A stretch of DNA of 49,933 bases. Source: Gammaproteobacteria bacterium (lineage in GTDB: Bacteria; Pseudomonadota; Gammaproteobacteria; JAAEPA01). The position numbers were made by a program, and so were the translations under genes. The DNA is taken from the NCBI GenBank assembly GCA_024222475.1, contig JAAEPA010000156.1, positions 1-49,933 on the forward strand. The letters are read 5' to 3'. The notes below the pieces were generated by a model, which was given only the letters and a program-made list of their open reading frames with translations, was not told the DNA's origin and ran no database searches. Shown here piece by piece: positions 1 to 9,407 of the stretch. How positions within the stretch are numbered: position 1 is the stretch's first letter; the number at the start of each line of letters is the position of its first letter.

Positions 1-56
1 CTGGTGATATTGGTTTATGCAAATTGGGGTCGGTCCCGCAGTGATTTGATTTTATA

Positions 57-219
57 CCTAGATCACTGTAAGTGATCGTGCTTATAGATTGTAATATATT
101 GATTCGTAAAGCGAATTAGAGACCAAGTGTAATCCATATTGGGATTCATGAGGGAGCAAATATCACACTAGGGATCAAAAGGTTGCGCTATGTGAGTGCG
201 ATAACCTGCAGTATCTAGA
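57..219. repeat. MITE/REP-like repeat, copy 1 (~160 bp). Its ends are imperfect inverted repeats: CCTAGATCACTGTAAGTGATCG at the 5' end and CGATAACCTGCAGTATCTAG at the 3' end.
   Basis: The first ~60 nt and last ~40 nt align with the element at 11104-11307 (shared GTGATCGTGCTT, GTAATRTATTGATT, TGCAGKATCTAG). The 5' end is itself a hairpin (GATCACT-GTA-AGTGATC). It lies in non-coding DNA. Confidence 0.55.
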
Positions 220-864
220 TTATTAGAACAAAGCATATCACTTCCGCGCTATGCCGGCGCTTGCGGAGTTTGAAGGGGAATAGGGGAACTTATTTTAGGA
301 GTGATTTAGCAGAGATCTCAATAAAGTCATCCCTGAAAAAGATCATTGGATCCCTTGAACCGGTGTTCACCGGTCAAGCCACCGTTGCTATCCCGGATAT
401 TTCATGAATTTGCGCGATGATCACGTAGAGATTTGTTTTAACAGGGGATTTTACTCCAAGCATCCTGCCTTGAGCCCTTCGGGCCAGCAAAGCTGTTCAA
501 ATCCGCTCCCGGCGGATTTGTGCGAAGGAGCGGCGTACCCACGATTACGTTTGAGTGAGCAAAATTTCGTATGAAAATAAGGATCAAGCAAGGGTAATTT
601 ATGAAACATCCGGGCTATATCCAGGGCGGATAGGTTTTCGGGTGCGCAGAGTACGTAAGGCATAGTTACTCTATGGCTTTCGTATTCTAACGCGGATATG
701 CGGCAAAGGGGGTGTGCTATGGACCCTGAAAACTCATTCACCATGGGTATAAATAGCGATGCGCAGGGCGAAACAATCCTCACCACTGCAACGATTAGGC
801 GAACACTTTTCCCGACTTTAAGCTGGATTTTCGCTCAAGTCTACTTGTATATACGAGGTAGTAC

Positions 865-913
865 TGCCTCTGATTTCCCTTAAGAATAATGAAAAGTAGG
901 AAAATCAGAGGCA
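865..913 (-). terminator. Long hairpin 13 nt downstream of the algR stop; possible terminator
   Basis: TGCCTCTGATTT(CC) at 865-878 pairs with (GG)AAAATCAGAGGCA at 899-913, giving 12-14 bp with one bulge and a ~20-nt loop. No U-tract follows on either strand, so the terminator function is uncertain. Confidence 0.3.
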
Positions 914-926
914 TAGAGAAAGATAC

Positions 927-1658
927 TCAACGGGATTTTAAAAACTTTCTCACTTCGGCGACATGGCGGCGGCTTATCTCCAGTTTGTCATCAATGCTCC
1001 TGAAGTTCACCAGAAAGCGGCCATCTCGGCTTTTTTCCATTCCGGAGACATAGGGGGTGTTGACTAGTGCATTGCGATGAATTCGGATTAGTTTTTCCTT
1101 AAACTCGATCTCTAGATTCTTCAGCGCATCCTCTATGAGCACCTCTCCTTTGGTATGGCGCACGGTGATATATTTCTGGTCGGCCTGGAAATAAACAATT
1201 TTATCCACGGGAATCAGTTCAAGATTACCTCGCACCCTTGCGCAGATATGGCTGCGGCCGGTATTGTGACTTTCACGGCTTAGTTTCCGCAGTTGCGCTT
1301 GAGTCAGTTTTTGAGATTTGCCAAGGGATTGCTGTAGACGCTCCTGACGTATGGGTTTAACAAGATAGCCTACAGCGTGCGAATCAAATGCCTCTAGGGC
1401 ATGTTCGCTGTAGGCGGTGGTAAAAATAATTGCAGGTGGTTCTTCCATTTCGGCCAAATGACGAGAGGCCTCTAATCCATCCATACCGGGCATTCTGATG
1501 TCCATGAGCACTACATCCGGTCGGACGGTCTGTACGAGTTGTACTGCCTCCATTCCGTTAGAAGCCTCTCCAACGGGCTCCATGCCCTGCATGGAAGACA
1601 GCATATGGATTAAACGTTCACGTGCGGGTCGTTCATCATCAACAACGAGTACTTTCAT
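927..1658 (-). CDS. algR: LytTR-family response regulator (AlgR-like)
   Basis: 243 aa. N-terminal receiver domain (VLVVDDE, DVVLMDIRMPGMDG) and C-terminal LytTR DNA-binding domain. ATGA start/stop overlap with the upstream kinase gene. algR-algZ divergent from argH, as in Pseudomonas. Confidence 0.85.
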   Translation of the reverse strand: MKVLVVDDERPARERLIHMLSSMQGMEPVGEASNGMEAVQLVQTVRPDVVLMDIRMPGMDGLEASRHLAEMEEPPAIIFTTAYSEHALEAFDSHAVGYLVKPIRQERLQQSLGKSQKLTQAQLRKLSRESHNTGRSHICARVRGNLELIPVDKIVYFQADQKYITVRHTKGEVLIEDALKNLEIEFKEKLIRIHRNALVNTPYVSGMEKSRDGRFLVNFRSIDDKLEISRRHVAEVRKFLKSR

Positions 1659-2725
1659 GCTAGCTCTTCGATTGGAATGGTGAAAGTTACAATGTACTTG
1701 CCATGATTCTTGCCTATATCTATTTTAGATTTATCTCCATAGGCAAGTTTTAAGCGTTGCCTTATGTTCTCCTGGGCCATTTTGTTTCCCTTGCGCCGGT
1801 AGCTCGGAAGGGATTGTGGTAAGGGATTACTAATGGTAAACAATATTGCATTGTCCTTACGAATGATGGTTAAGTTGACAACGCCGCCGTTGGTCTGTGG
1901 TTCGATGCCATGATAAATTGAATTTTCCACTAATGGCTGAAGTATCAAGGCGGGTACCATTGTATTGGAAGGAATACTATTATCAACCTGCCAGTCGATA
2001 TTTAATCGCTCCCCCAATCGCAGCTGTTCTATGTTGATATAACGGCGTGTAAATTCCAGTTCTTCATCCAACTTTACTGTATCACGCTGACCGAGTGATG
2101 CTCGAAAAAGATCGGCAAGATCCTCTACTGTCTTTTCTGCCAATTCGGGATTGGTACGAGTAAGACTGGCGATGGTATTCATGCTGTTAAAGAGAAAATG
2201 GGGTCGAATTCTAGCTTGTAGGGCTTGAATCCTGAATCTAGCTTCGGTTTCAATTTTTGATTTCCATTGATGTTGCATATAGAAATAACGCAAAGCAACA
2301 GCGGAGACAATAGCACTGATGACCATATTACGCAGTAGAAAAGTGCCATGAGAATAGTTTTCATATGCTAAGGCTGGGTTTTCCGAGGGCGTTAACCAAA
2401 CCGTGATAATAGATACGATCAGGGTAATGAGTAAGCTCAGGCTATAACTCCCAACTGCGATGACACTTGGACTGAGACTTTCTAACCAACGACGAGACAA
2501 ACATAACAGTAGCACATTTCCAAGGGCGATCCATTGTATGAATAGGGAGAGTAATGCTAGATTCTTCCACATGTCTTGAGAGGAGTTGCTGGATGCCAGG
2601 GTGAGGATGAAGGAGAGGAGCTCCGCCATCACTACGACCAGGAAGATGACACGAAGGCTACAAAAGTCGGGGAGAAAGGATGGCCTTTCACCCGCTGATG
2701 TTGTATTTTTTTTTGTTTTCCCCAT
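1655..2725 (-). CDS. algZ: LytS/YehU-type sensor histidine kinase (AlgZ/FimS-like)
   Basis: 356 aa. Hydrophobic N-terminal half with several TM helices. C-terminal His_kinase H-box (RIRPHFLFNSMNTI) and an HATPase-like region (LQPLVENSIYHG). Translationally coupled to algR. Confidence 0.8.
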   Translation of the reverse strand: MGKTKKNTTSAGERPSFLPDFCSLRVIFLVVVMAELLSFILTLASSNSSQDMWKNLALLSLFIQWIALGNVLLLCLSRRWLESLSPSVIAVGSYSLSLLITLIVSIITVWLTPSENPALAYENYSHGTFLLRNMVISAIVSAVALRYFYMQHQWKSKIETEARFRIQALQARIRPHFLFNSMNTIASLTRTNPELAEKTVEDLADLFRASLGQRDTVKLDEELEFTRRYINIEQLRLGERLNIDWQVDNSIPSNTMVPALILQPLVENSIYHGIEPQTNGGVVNLTIIRKDNAILFTISNPLPQSLPSYRRKGNKMAQENIRQRLKLAYGDKSKIDIGKNHGKYIVTFTIPIEELA

Positions 2726-2990
2726 CCTAATCGTAGTGCAATTTTTAGGTCATGAAGATGGTTCTGGCAAGAGCATAGAAATGAAGAAGGGTGTAGTATG
2801 CTATCGCTTTCAAGTAAGGATGGCAGCCCAGATTATTGTATAAAGAGCAATACCGATGCTAGTGTATCAGAGGCAATAAGTTTAAATTAACCGTTGGGCC
2901 GCTTTAAAGGTGCGTTTATCGCTAGCGGCCTATTTCACATTAACTTACTGGTTTTCACCCAGTTACAAAATTATAGACTATTTCAATCTA

Positions 2991-4391
2991 ATGAGTGTAG
3001 ATTCTCATCTCGACAAGCCTTGGGGTGGCCGCTTTGAAGAGCCAACCGATGCCTTCGTTGAAGCCTTTACCGCCTCGATAGATTTCGATAAAAGGCTGTA
3101 TCGTTATGATATCGAAGCCTCCTGCGCGCATGCTCGGATGTTGGTTAAAACCGGTATTATAACTGAAAAAGATGGTGATCATATCCTTGAAGGTCTTCAA
3201 GTCATTCTTCAGGAAATCAAGGAAGGTCGCTTCAAGTGGTCCATTCAATTAGAAGATATTCATATGAATATCGAAGCACGTTTGATCGAGCGTATCGGTG
3301 AGGCGGGGAAGAAGCTTCATACTGGTCGTTCGCGAAATGATCAGGTGGCGACTGATATTCGTCTTTATCTTCGTTCTGAAATCGATCGGATTCATCTTCA
3401 GATTCGTAGCTTGCAAAGCGTTCTATTAGGGCTGGCTGAGCATGAGACAAATACGATTATGCCTGGATTCACCCATCTTCAAGTCGCTCAGCCCATTACC
3501 TTTGGGCATCATATGATGGCTTGGTTTGAGATGTTAGAACGCGATGGAGAAAGACTTAGAGATTGCCGCAGGCGTGTCAATATCATGCCTTTGGGTTCCG
3601 CAGCGTTAGCTGGAACGTCCTATCCCTTAGATAGAGAGTACACGGCGAAATTGCTGGGGTTTCAATGTCCGTCTAACAACTCGTTGGATGCGGTGTCGGA
3701 TAGGGATTTTGCCATCGAGTTCTGTTCCGTGGCAGCATTGCTTATGACCCATCTCTCCAGATTTTCAGAAGAGTTGGTTCTTTGGACTTCGGCTCAGTTC
3801 GATTTTATAGAGTTACCCGATCGCTTCTGTACCGGTTCGTCGATTATGCCGCAAAAGAAAAACCCGGATATCCCGGAACTCGTGCGGGGCAAGACCGGTC
3901 GGGTTAACGGTAATCTCATCTCTCTACTGACCCTTATGAAGGGACAAGTCCTTGCGTATAACAAGGATAATCAAGAAGATAAGGAGCCTCTGTTCGACAC
4001 TGTGGATACCGTCAAGGCAAGCTTGCGTGCGTATACAGACATGATGTCTGCCATTCGTGTAAACCGCAAAGCAATGTACTCCGCGGCTACTCAGGGTTTT
4101 GCTACCGCTACCGATCTTGCTGACTACCTGGTAGGTAAGGGTATTGCATTTCGCGATGCTCATGAGATCGTTGGTAAGGCAGTCAAACGAGCTATCGATG
4201 CCGGCAAGGATCTTGCCGATCTGGATCTAAACGTCTTACAGCAACTATCACCGGCGATACAGAGTGATGTGTACGAGATATTGGGTCTAGCGGGTTCCCT
4301 CGCCTCTAGGGATATGACGGGAGGTACCGCTCCTCGGCAGATTAAATTGCAGATCGCTAGGGCGCGAAAGCGTCTTGGTCTTGAGGATTGA
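2991..4391 (+). CDS. argH: Argininosuccinate lyase
   Basis: Fumarate-lyase signature [13 protein letters not shown]-terminus [15 protein letters not shown] is typical of ArgH. The ORF-track start at 2910 (GTG) adds 27 non-conserved hydrophobic codons, so the ATG at 2991 is preferred. Confidence 0.93.
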   Translation: MSVDSHLDKPWGGRFEEPTDAFVEAFTASIDFDKRLYRYDIEASCAHARMLVKTGIITEKDGDHILEGLQVILQEIKEGRFKWSIQLEDIHMNIEARLIERIGEAGKKLHTGRSRNDQVATDIRLYLRSEIDRIHLQIRSLQSVLLGLAEHETNTIMPGFTHLQVAQPITFGHHMMAWFEMLERDGERLRDCRRRVNIMPLGSAALAGTSYPLDREYTAKLLGFQCPSNNSLDAVSDRDFAIEFCSVAALLMTHLSRFSEELVLWTSAQFDFIELPDRFCTGSSIMPQKKNPDIPELVRGKTGRVNGNLISLLTLMKGQVLAYNKDNQEDKEPLFDTVDTVKASLRAYTDMMSAIRVNRKAMYSAATQGFATATDLADYLVGKGIAFRDAHEIVGKAVKRAIDAGKDLADLDLNVLQQLSPAIQSDVYEILGLAGSLASRDMTGGTAPRQIKLQIARARKRLGLED

Positions 4392-4445
4392 TGAGTTTTT
4401 TACAGTGAGTCAACTTAATTTCGAGCACATACTTAAACCAAACGC

Positions 4446-4808
4446 TCATTCTTGTTTATGAGCAACCAATAATGCTTCCGGTACACGAATCTTGACCGCG
4501 GCTGCGAGTTCCAGACAAATCCCCGGTACCGGCTTCACTGTGATCCACAGAGTATTGAGTTTTAGATTCATGTCCGCGAAGATCACGACCTGTCGGTAAG
4601 CTGCCAGCACCTGTTCTATTTCATTGAGGGTTTTCTGGATATAGTGGGGTGGCCGAGTGCCGAGTTTCGGCACGATCATCATGAAATCACTTAATGATTT
4701 GCCTTGTTCATCTCGAGTAGGTACGCGTTTCCACAAGGGCTCAACAGGATGTAATTCCCGGCTGCAAGCAAGCTTGGTTTCACTCGACGGCTCGGATATT
4801 TCCATCAT
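4446..4808 (-). CDS. Hypothetical protein (120 aa; an internal start at MMIVPK is possible)
   Basis: Only an open frame, divergent from lptM-lysA. I recognise no motif. It is not frataxin/CyaY, which occupies this position in E. coli. Confidence 0.4.
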   Translation of the reverse strand: MMEISEPSSETKLACSRELHPVEPLWKRVPTRDEQGKSLSDFMMIVPKLGTRPPHYIQKTLNEIEQVLAAYRQVVIFADMNLKLNTLWITVKPVPGICLELAAAVKIRVPEALLVAHKQE

Positions 4809-4941
4809 TCATAGCTCTGAGAACGTATTCGCCAGATCGTTGCTGCTCTCCTTGGAGAGTATAGCATCGCTCATGGAAAATGCTGTTGAATGCCGATGAA
4901 CGAGATATAATTTGTGAATTCTCAATATTCCAGGAGGCAAT

Positions 4942-5090
4942 ATGCGCAACTTATTTTTGATTAAAGGGGTTTTTTTTTGATTTTTGTATCAAGCGCAGCT
5001 ATTCAATTGACGGCCTGTGGACAGATGGGCGATCTTTATCTTCCAGAGACAGAGCAACAGGAAAAAAAGAGATTAGACAGTGGTGACTGA
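4942..5090 (+). CDS. lptM: LptM (YifL/LppL)-like small lipoprotein; reading frame broken at a T9 tract
   Basis: AGGAGG sits 4 nt upstream of ATG 4942. That frame (MRNLFLIKGVFF) stops at 4978-4980, right after T9 (4970-4978). The frame ending at TGA 5088-5090 encodes (L)IFVSSAAIQLTAC-GQMGDLYLPETEQQEKKRLDSGD, which has a lipobox LTAC and the LptM signature CGxxGxLYLP. The TGATG overlap with lysA is as expected for lptM-lysA. Confidence 0.6.
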
Positions 5091-6340
5091 TGGATTATTT
5101 TAATTATCAACAAGGTGGATTATGTGCTGAAGGGGCCTCGGTTTCCGAGATTGTACAGGCCTATGGTACACCTTGTTATATCTATACAAGGGCAACCATC
5201 GAACGGCATTGGCATGCCTTTGACGGCGCTCTCGGTGCCCATCCCCATTTAATATGCTATGCGGTCAAGGCCAATTCCAATCTGGCGGTATTGGATGTTA
5301 TGGCGCAAATGGGGTCGGGTTTCGATATTGTTTCGATTGGGGAATTGGAGCGTGTTCTGAGGGCCAAGGGAGATCCCGCCAAGATTGTATTCTCGGGTGT
5401 GGGTAAGCGGGAGGATGAAATGAGGCGGGCCCTAGAGGTGGGTATTCGATGTTTTAACATAGAATCAGAGGCTGAACTGGAACGATTAAATCGCGTTGCG
5501 ACGGAGTTAGACCGCCAAGCACCGGTTTCCCTGCGGGTCAATCCAGATGTGGACGCCAATACCCATCCGTATATTTCTACAGGTTTAAAAAATAATAAAT
5601 TTGGTATTGCTATCGAACAAGCCCATGAGGTTTATAGTCGTGCGGCGCAGTTACCGGGACTCAAGATCGTAGGGATAGATTGCCACATCGGCTCTCAACT
5701 AACTGAAGTTTCACCATTTATTGATGCCTTGAGACGAATATTTGGATTGGCTAAACAGCTGGTTTTAGATGGAATAATGATAGAACACCTTGATCTTGGC
5801 GGTGGCCTCGGCATCCGCTATCGAGACGAGAATCCTCCTTTGCCTGGTGAGTATGCCAGCGCTATTTTCGAGATTCTCGAAGATTGTCCTTACGAGGTTT
5901 TACTCGAACCTGGACGGGCGATCATGGGTAATGCCGGTATCATGGTCACTCGGATTGAGTATCTAAAGCATTCCTCGGAGAAGCACTTCACTATAGTAGA
6001 TGCGGCAATGAACGATCTTCTGCGTCCCTCACTTTACGCAGCATGGCAAGAGATCATCCCCGTAATACCCCGTTCCGGGAACCAGCCGCAAGTCTATGAT
6101 GTGGTGGGTCCCGTGTGTGAGACGGGTGACTTTCTGGGTAAGGATCGGGTACTCGATGTGGCAGTAGGTGATTTGATCGCGGTTCGCTCTGCTGGGGCAT
6201 ATGGGTTCTCAATGTCCAGCAATTACAATACTCGCCCACGGGCAGCTGAAATCATGGTCGATGGTAAAGATGTGCATTTGGTTCGTGAGCGTGAAACCTT
6301 GGAGCAGCTCATGCGTTCTGAGAGAATGCTTCCATCCTAA
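5090..6340 (+). CDS. lysA: Diaminopimelate decarboxylase
   Basis: 416 aa. PLP-lysine motif YAVKAN, plus GGGLGI and EPGR, and CETGD near the C-terminus. Confidence 0.93.
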   Translation: MDYFNYQQGGLCAEGASVSEIVQAYGTPCYIYTRATIERHWHAFDGALGAHPHLICYAVKANSNLAVLDVMAQMGSGFDIVSIGELERVLRAKGDPAKIVFSGVGKREDEMRRALEVGIRCFNIESEAELERLNRVATELDRQAPVSLRVNPDVDANTHPYISTGLKNNKFGIAIEQAHEVYSRAAQLPGLKIVGIDCHIGSQLTEVSPFIDALRRIFGLAKQLVLDGIMIEHLDLGGGLGIRYRDENPPLPGEYASAIFEILEDCPYEVLLEPGRAIMGNAGIMVTRIEYLKHSSEKHFTIVDAAMNDLLRPSLYAAWQEIIPVIPRSGNQPQVYDVVGPVCETGDFLGKDRVLDVAVGDLIAVRSAGAYGFSMSSNYNTRPRAAEIMVDGKDVHLVRERETLEQLMRSERMLPS

Positions 6341-6514
6341 GTCCGACAGTCTCCTATCCCTGAGGGCATCAATAGCCTTTAAGGCGCCGTTCTCGGAGTC
6401 TGTCTATCAGCATGGTTTGTCTAAAAAATATGGCCGAAAGGGGGAAATTACTCATTGCGAATCAGCGACACGAATTACTGAAAGAAAATCTTACTACACG
6501 GGGTCTGTATAGGC

Positions 6515-7030
6515 ATGGATGATCTCCGCCAGGCCAGGTTTGAAGCCTTGGCGGATGAGTTTTCTACAGATTTGTATCGTTATGCAATGTGGTTGTGTGG
6601 GGATAGGGTCGTTGCCGAAGACTTGGTGCAGGAATGTTTCCTACGGGCTTGGCGCTCATTGGATAGTTTAAAAGATGAGCGTTCGGCTAAGAGCTGGTTG
6701 TTTACTATTCTGAGAAGGGAGAATGCTCGATTGCACGAGCGACAAAGACCGGAAACGGGTCAAATAGACACCAGTCAGTTAGAAGATTCAGACCGCTACG
6801 ATACCACGACGGAGGCCTTTGTGCTCAGGCGGGCCTTAGCTGCCTTGCCACAAAACTATAGGGAGCCTCTGATTCTTCAAGTCCTCGGTGGTTTTAGTAC
6901 TGAACAGATTGGGGAAATGCTCGGCATGAGCAAAAGCGCGGTAATGACGCGAGTATTTCGGGCTCGTAAACGGTTACGAGGTGTTTTGTCCGGAAACTCT
7001 AAGGATGTGCCTAGTAAGGTAAAAATATGA
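6515..7030 (+). CDS. ECF-type RNA polymerase sigma factor
   Basis: 171 aa. Region 2 (DLVQECFLRAWR) and a region 4 HTH (FSTEQIGEMLGMSKSAVMTRVFRARKRL). ATGA overlap with the next ORF. Confidence 0.85.
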   Translation: MDDLRQARFEALADEFSTDLYRYAMWLCGDRVVAEDLVQECFLRAWRSLDSLKDERSAKSWLFTILRRENARLHERQRPETGQIDTSQLEDSDRYDTTTEAFVLRRALAALPQNYREPLILQVLGGFSTEQIGEMLGMSKSAVMTRVFRARKRLRGVLSGNSKDVPSKVKI

Positions 7031-7743
7031 ACTGTTTAGAGTTTAGACGTCAGCTCTTGACCGAACCCGAAGCGGTTGATCCCGCTTTCGTGGCCCATGA
7101 ACATGACTGTGAGCAATGTGGGTTGTTTGCGCAAAACGAGGCACGCTTAGAGCGAAGTCTCAAAGAGGCCCTATCAATTGATGTTCCGAAAGGGCTGGCC
7201 GAAAGGATCAAGATGCGTCAGGGCATCGTGGAAGAGGTGCACCGTAAACGTGTACGGCCATGGAAGTATGCCCTGGCCGCGAGCCTGTTGCTGGTGACGG
7301 TGATTGTAGTATTTATCGGTTACCAGACCCAGAGGCTCAGCGAAACCGAGGCCTTGTTACAACAAGCTGTTTTCAATCATATCCGAGGTGAATTGCAAAG
7401 CCTGGTAGCTCAACAAGACATAGAATTGGAACAACTGAACCTTCTCTTGAAACCTTTGGGAGGGCGTGCGTCTTCAAAGATTGGAAAAGTTAATTATGCA
7501 AGCCGGTGTGAGATCAACGAACATCTTGGTGTACATTTTATTGTTGATGGTCGCAGTGGCCCGGTAACGGTAATTTTTATCTCTAACGAACAGGTAAAGC
7601 GTGACTCACGAATGAAGAATGCTCGCTTTGATGGTATGCTTATCCCTGCAGGAAAAGGTTCTCTGGCAATTGTTGGTGAACGGGGTGAGGTCCTGAACGA
7701 ACTGACCGAACGCCTGAAAAATAATATCAAATGGAATATTTAA
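7027..7743 (+). CDS. Putative anti-sigma factor (N-terminal zinc-finger-like anti-sigma domain, one TM helix; DUF3379-like)
   Basis: 238 aa. N-terminus MNCLEFRRQLLTEP followed by H-x3-C-x2-C. One TM segment (YALAASLLLVTVIVVFIGY). Translationally coupled to the ECF sigma gene. Confidence 0.65.
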   Translation: MNCLEFRRQLLTEPEAVDPAFVAHEHDCEQCGLFAQNEARLERSLKEALSIDVPKGLAERIKMRQGIVEEVHRKRVRPWKYALAASLLLVTVIVVFIGYQTQRLSETEALLQQAVFNHIRGELQSLVAQQDIELEQLNLLLKPLGGRASSKIGKVNYASRCEINEHLGVHFIVDGRSGPVTVIFISNEQVKRDSRMKNARFDGMLIPAGKGSLAIVGERGEVLNELTERLKNNIKWNI

Positions 7744-7878
7744 CTCAAGACTTTTATCTCTAGTTGGGGGATCATAATCTTCCAGCTAAACTGCACTTTC
7801 CTCCCTTGAAATTTTCACTTCTATTGCCCATTTCCTGAAATGTGCTAAAGCAGCTTATAAAAATAAATATTTACGACA

Positions 7879-8709
7879 ATGAAATTGCGCTTCACAAAAA
7901 TGCATGGATTGGGGAACGATTTTGTGGTCATTGATGCTATTGATCAAATTGTATCACTGGGCCCAGAGCAAGTCCGTATGCTGGCAAATCGGCGTATTGG
8001 TATAGGTTGTGATCAAGTTTTGTTAGTAGAAAGTCCAAACCTCAAGGAAACGGACTTCCGTTATAGAATCTTTAATGCGGATGGGAACGAAGTTGAGCAG
8101 TGCGGTAACGGAGCACGTTGCTTCGCACGTTATGTAAGGGATAAAGGCTTAATCGATACCAATCAGATTGTGGTAGAGACTAAAGCCGGGGTTATAAGAC
8201 TCGAGATCGAGTCTGACGGACAGATTTCGGTCAATATGGGGATCCCTATACTCAATCCTGACGAGATTCCATTCGAAGCACCAACTCGTGCACTGACCTA
8301 CATGCTTTCAGTCGCAGAAGAGCAGGTAGAAATCGGTGCTGTCTCCATGGGAAATCCCCATGCTGTCATCCGTGTTGATGATATCGATACGGCACCGGTT
8401 TCGGTGCTTGGTCCTCGTATCGAGTCACATCATAGGTTTCCTAATCAGGTCAATGTGGGGTTTATGCAGGTGAAGGGCCAAGACAATATACGGTTGCGTG
8501 TCTATGAACGGGGTACCGGGGAGACGCTGGCATGCGGTACTGGAGCTTGTGCCGCTGTAGTAGCTGGTCGCTTACAGGGGTTTTTGGGTGAATGTGTCGC
8601 AGTGGATCTACCGGGAGGGCAGCTCATGATTAGTTGGTCTGGGGGACAAGCACCAGTAATGATGAAAGGTCCGGCAAGTTACGTGTTTGAAGGTTCGATT
8701 AACTTATGA
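7879..8709 (+). CDS. dapF: Diaminopimelate epimerase
   Basis: 276 aa. MHGLGNDF N-terminus. Both catalytic Cys motifs are present (EQCGNGARC and LACGTGACA). Confidence 0.93.
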   Translation: MKLRFTKMHGLGNDFVVIDAIDQIVSLGPEQVRMLANRRIGIGCDQVLLVESPNLKETDFRYRIFNADGNEVEQCGNGARCFARYVRDKGLIDTNQIVVETKAGVIRLEIESDGQISVNMGIPILNPDEIPFEAPTRALTYMLSVAEEQVEIGAVSMGNPHAVIRVDDIDTAPVSVLGPRIESHHRFPNQVNVGFMQVKGQDNIRLRVYERGTGETLACGTGACAAVVAGRLQGFLGECVAVDLPGGQLMISWSGGQAPVMMKGPASYVFEGSINL

Positions 8710-9404
8710 GTCGGGGTAGAAAAACTGGAGTGGTAGACCGGGATTTGACTGATGATACCGTTGAGCGATTTTTAGAAAAACGTCTGGATTTTTTTGAGCA
8801 CCGTCCCGAATTGCTTGCTCAACTGAGGATTCCCCACCATATCAAAGGGGCCGTGTCTTTGGTAGAGCGTCAAGTGGGTCTATTACGTAATAAAAACGGT
8901 CTGTTAAAAGGAAAGTTGGTAGAGCTTGTGCAGCTGGCTTGGGAGAATGAAGGACTAAGTAATTGCCATCATCAGCTGGCCTTGAAATTATTGGAGGCCA
9001 AGGGATTAGCTGATGTGTTGGTAGCGACGAAGGGCTTGTTGGCCAGGGAATTTCCATCTACATATGTAGCTATACATTTGCTAGGCAATGGGACTTGGAA
9101 TTGTGATAGTCATGCCTTGGGATGTGAAAAGCTCGACCTGAAGGATGCCGAGTTGTTTGACGAACTGTTCAAGAATCGTAGACCAGTGTGTGGGGTTTTC
9201 AGCGAACAACAAATGACCCTGATGTTCAGTAAATGTGAGGTAACCGTCGCTTCAGCGGTTTTGATCCCATTGCAAAACGGCCAGCGTTTTGGCGTTATGG
9301 CACTTGGTACAGAACAAATAGGGCATTTTCACGAAGACATGGATACCTTGTTTCTACACTATTTAGGTGACTTGTTGAGTCGTGCACTGAAGGTTCACCA
9401 GTAA
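8706..9404 (+). CDS. DUF484 (YigA-like) protein
   Basis: 232 aa. ATGA overlap with dapF. Conserved dapF-yigA-xerC order. GAF-like C-terminal half. Confidence 0.7.
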   Translation: MSRGRKTGVVDRDLTDDTVERFLEKRLDFFEHRPELLAQLRIPHHIKGAVSLVERQVGLLRNKNGLLKGKLVELVQLAWENEGLSNCHHQLALKLLEAKGLADVLVATKGLLAREFPSTYVAIHLLGNGTWNCDSHALGCEKLDLKDAELFDELFKNRRPVCGVFSEQQMTLMFSKCEVTVASAVLIPLQNGQRFGVMALGTEQIGHFHEDMDTLFLHYLGDLLSRALKVHQ

Positions 9405-9407
9405 ATC

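Noticed and set aside
498-528. tRNA/tmRNA-like T-arm (AGCTG-TTCAAAT-CCGCT) suggesting a tRNA gene or att-site remnant
   Set aside because: The T-stem has a mismatch, and no complementary acceptor 5' strand or D/anticodon arms exist upstream. The segment is better explained by the simple 8-bp hairpin AAATCCGC/GCGGATTT.
528-560. GTGCG start resembling a group II intron 5' end
   Set aside because: There is no reverse-transcriptase ORF, no recognisable domain V/VI, and no further intron-like structure. The five-base match is not meaningful.
451-786. 111-aa ORF on the minus strand (and the overlapping 61-aa ORF at 698-883 on the plus strand)
   Set aside because: It has no recognisable motif and no RBS, and its composition is Cys/His/Pro-rich and atypical. 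It overlaps hairpin-rich DNA. I treat it as non-coding pending a search.
4885-4911. Perfect TATAAT (4906-4911) with TTGAAT upstream as the lptM-lysA promoter
   Set aside because: The spacer between TTGAAT and TATAAT is only 14 nt, and the alternative -35 hexamers at 16-17 nt are poor. It is plausible but not well enough supported to list as a feature.
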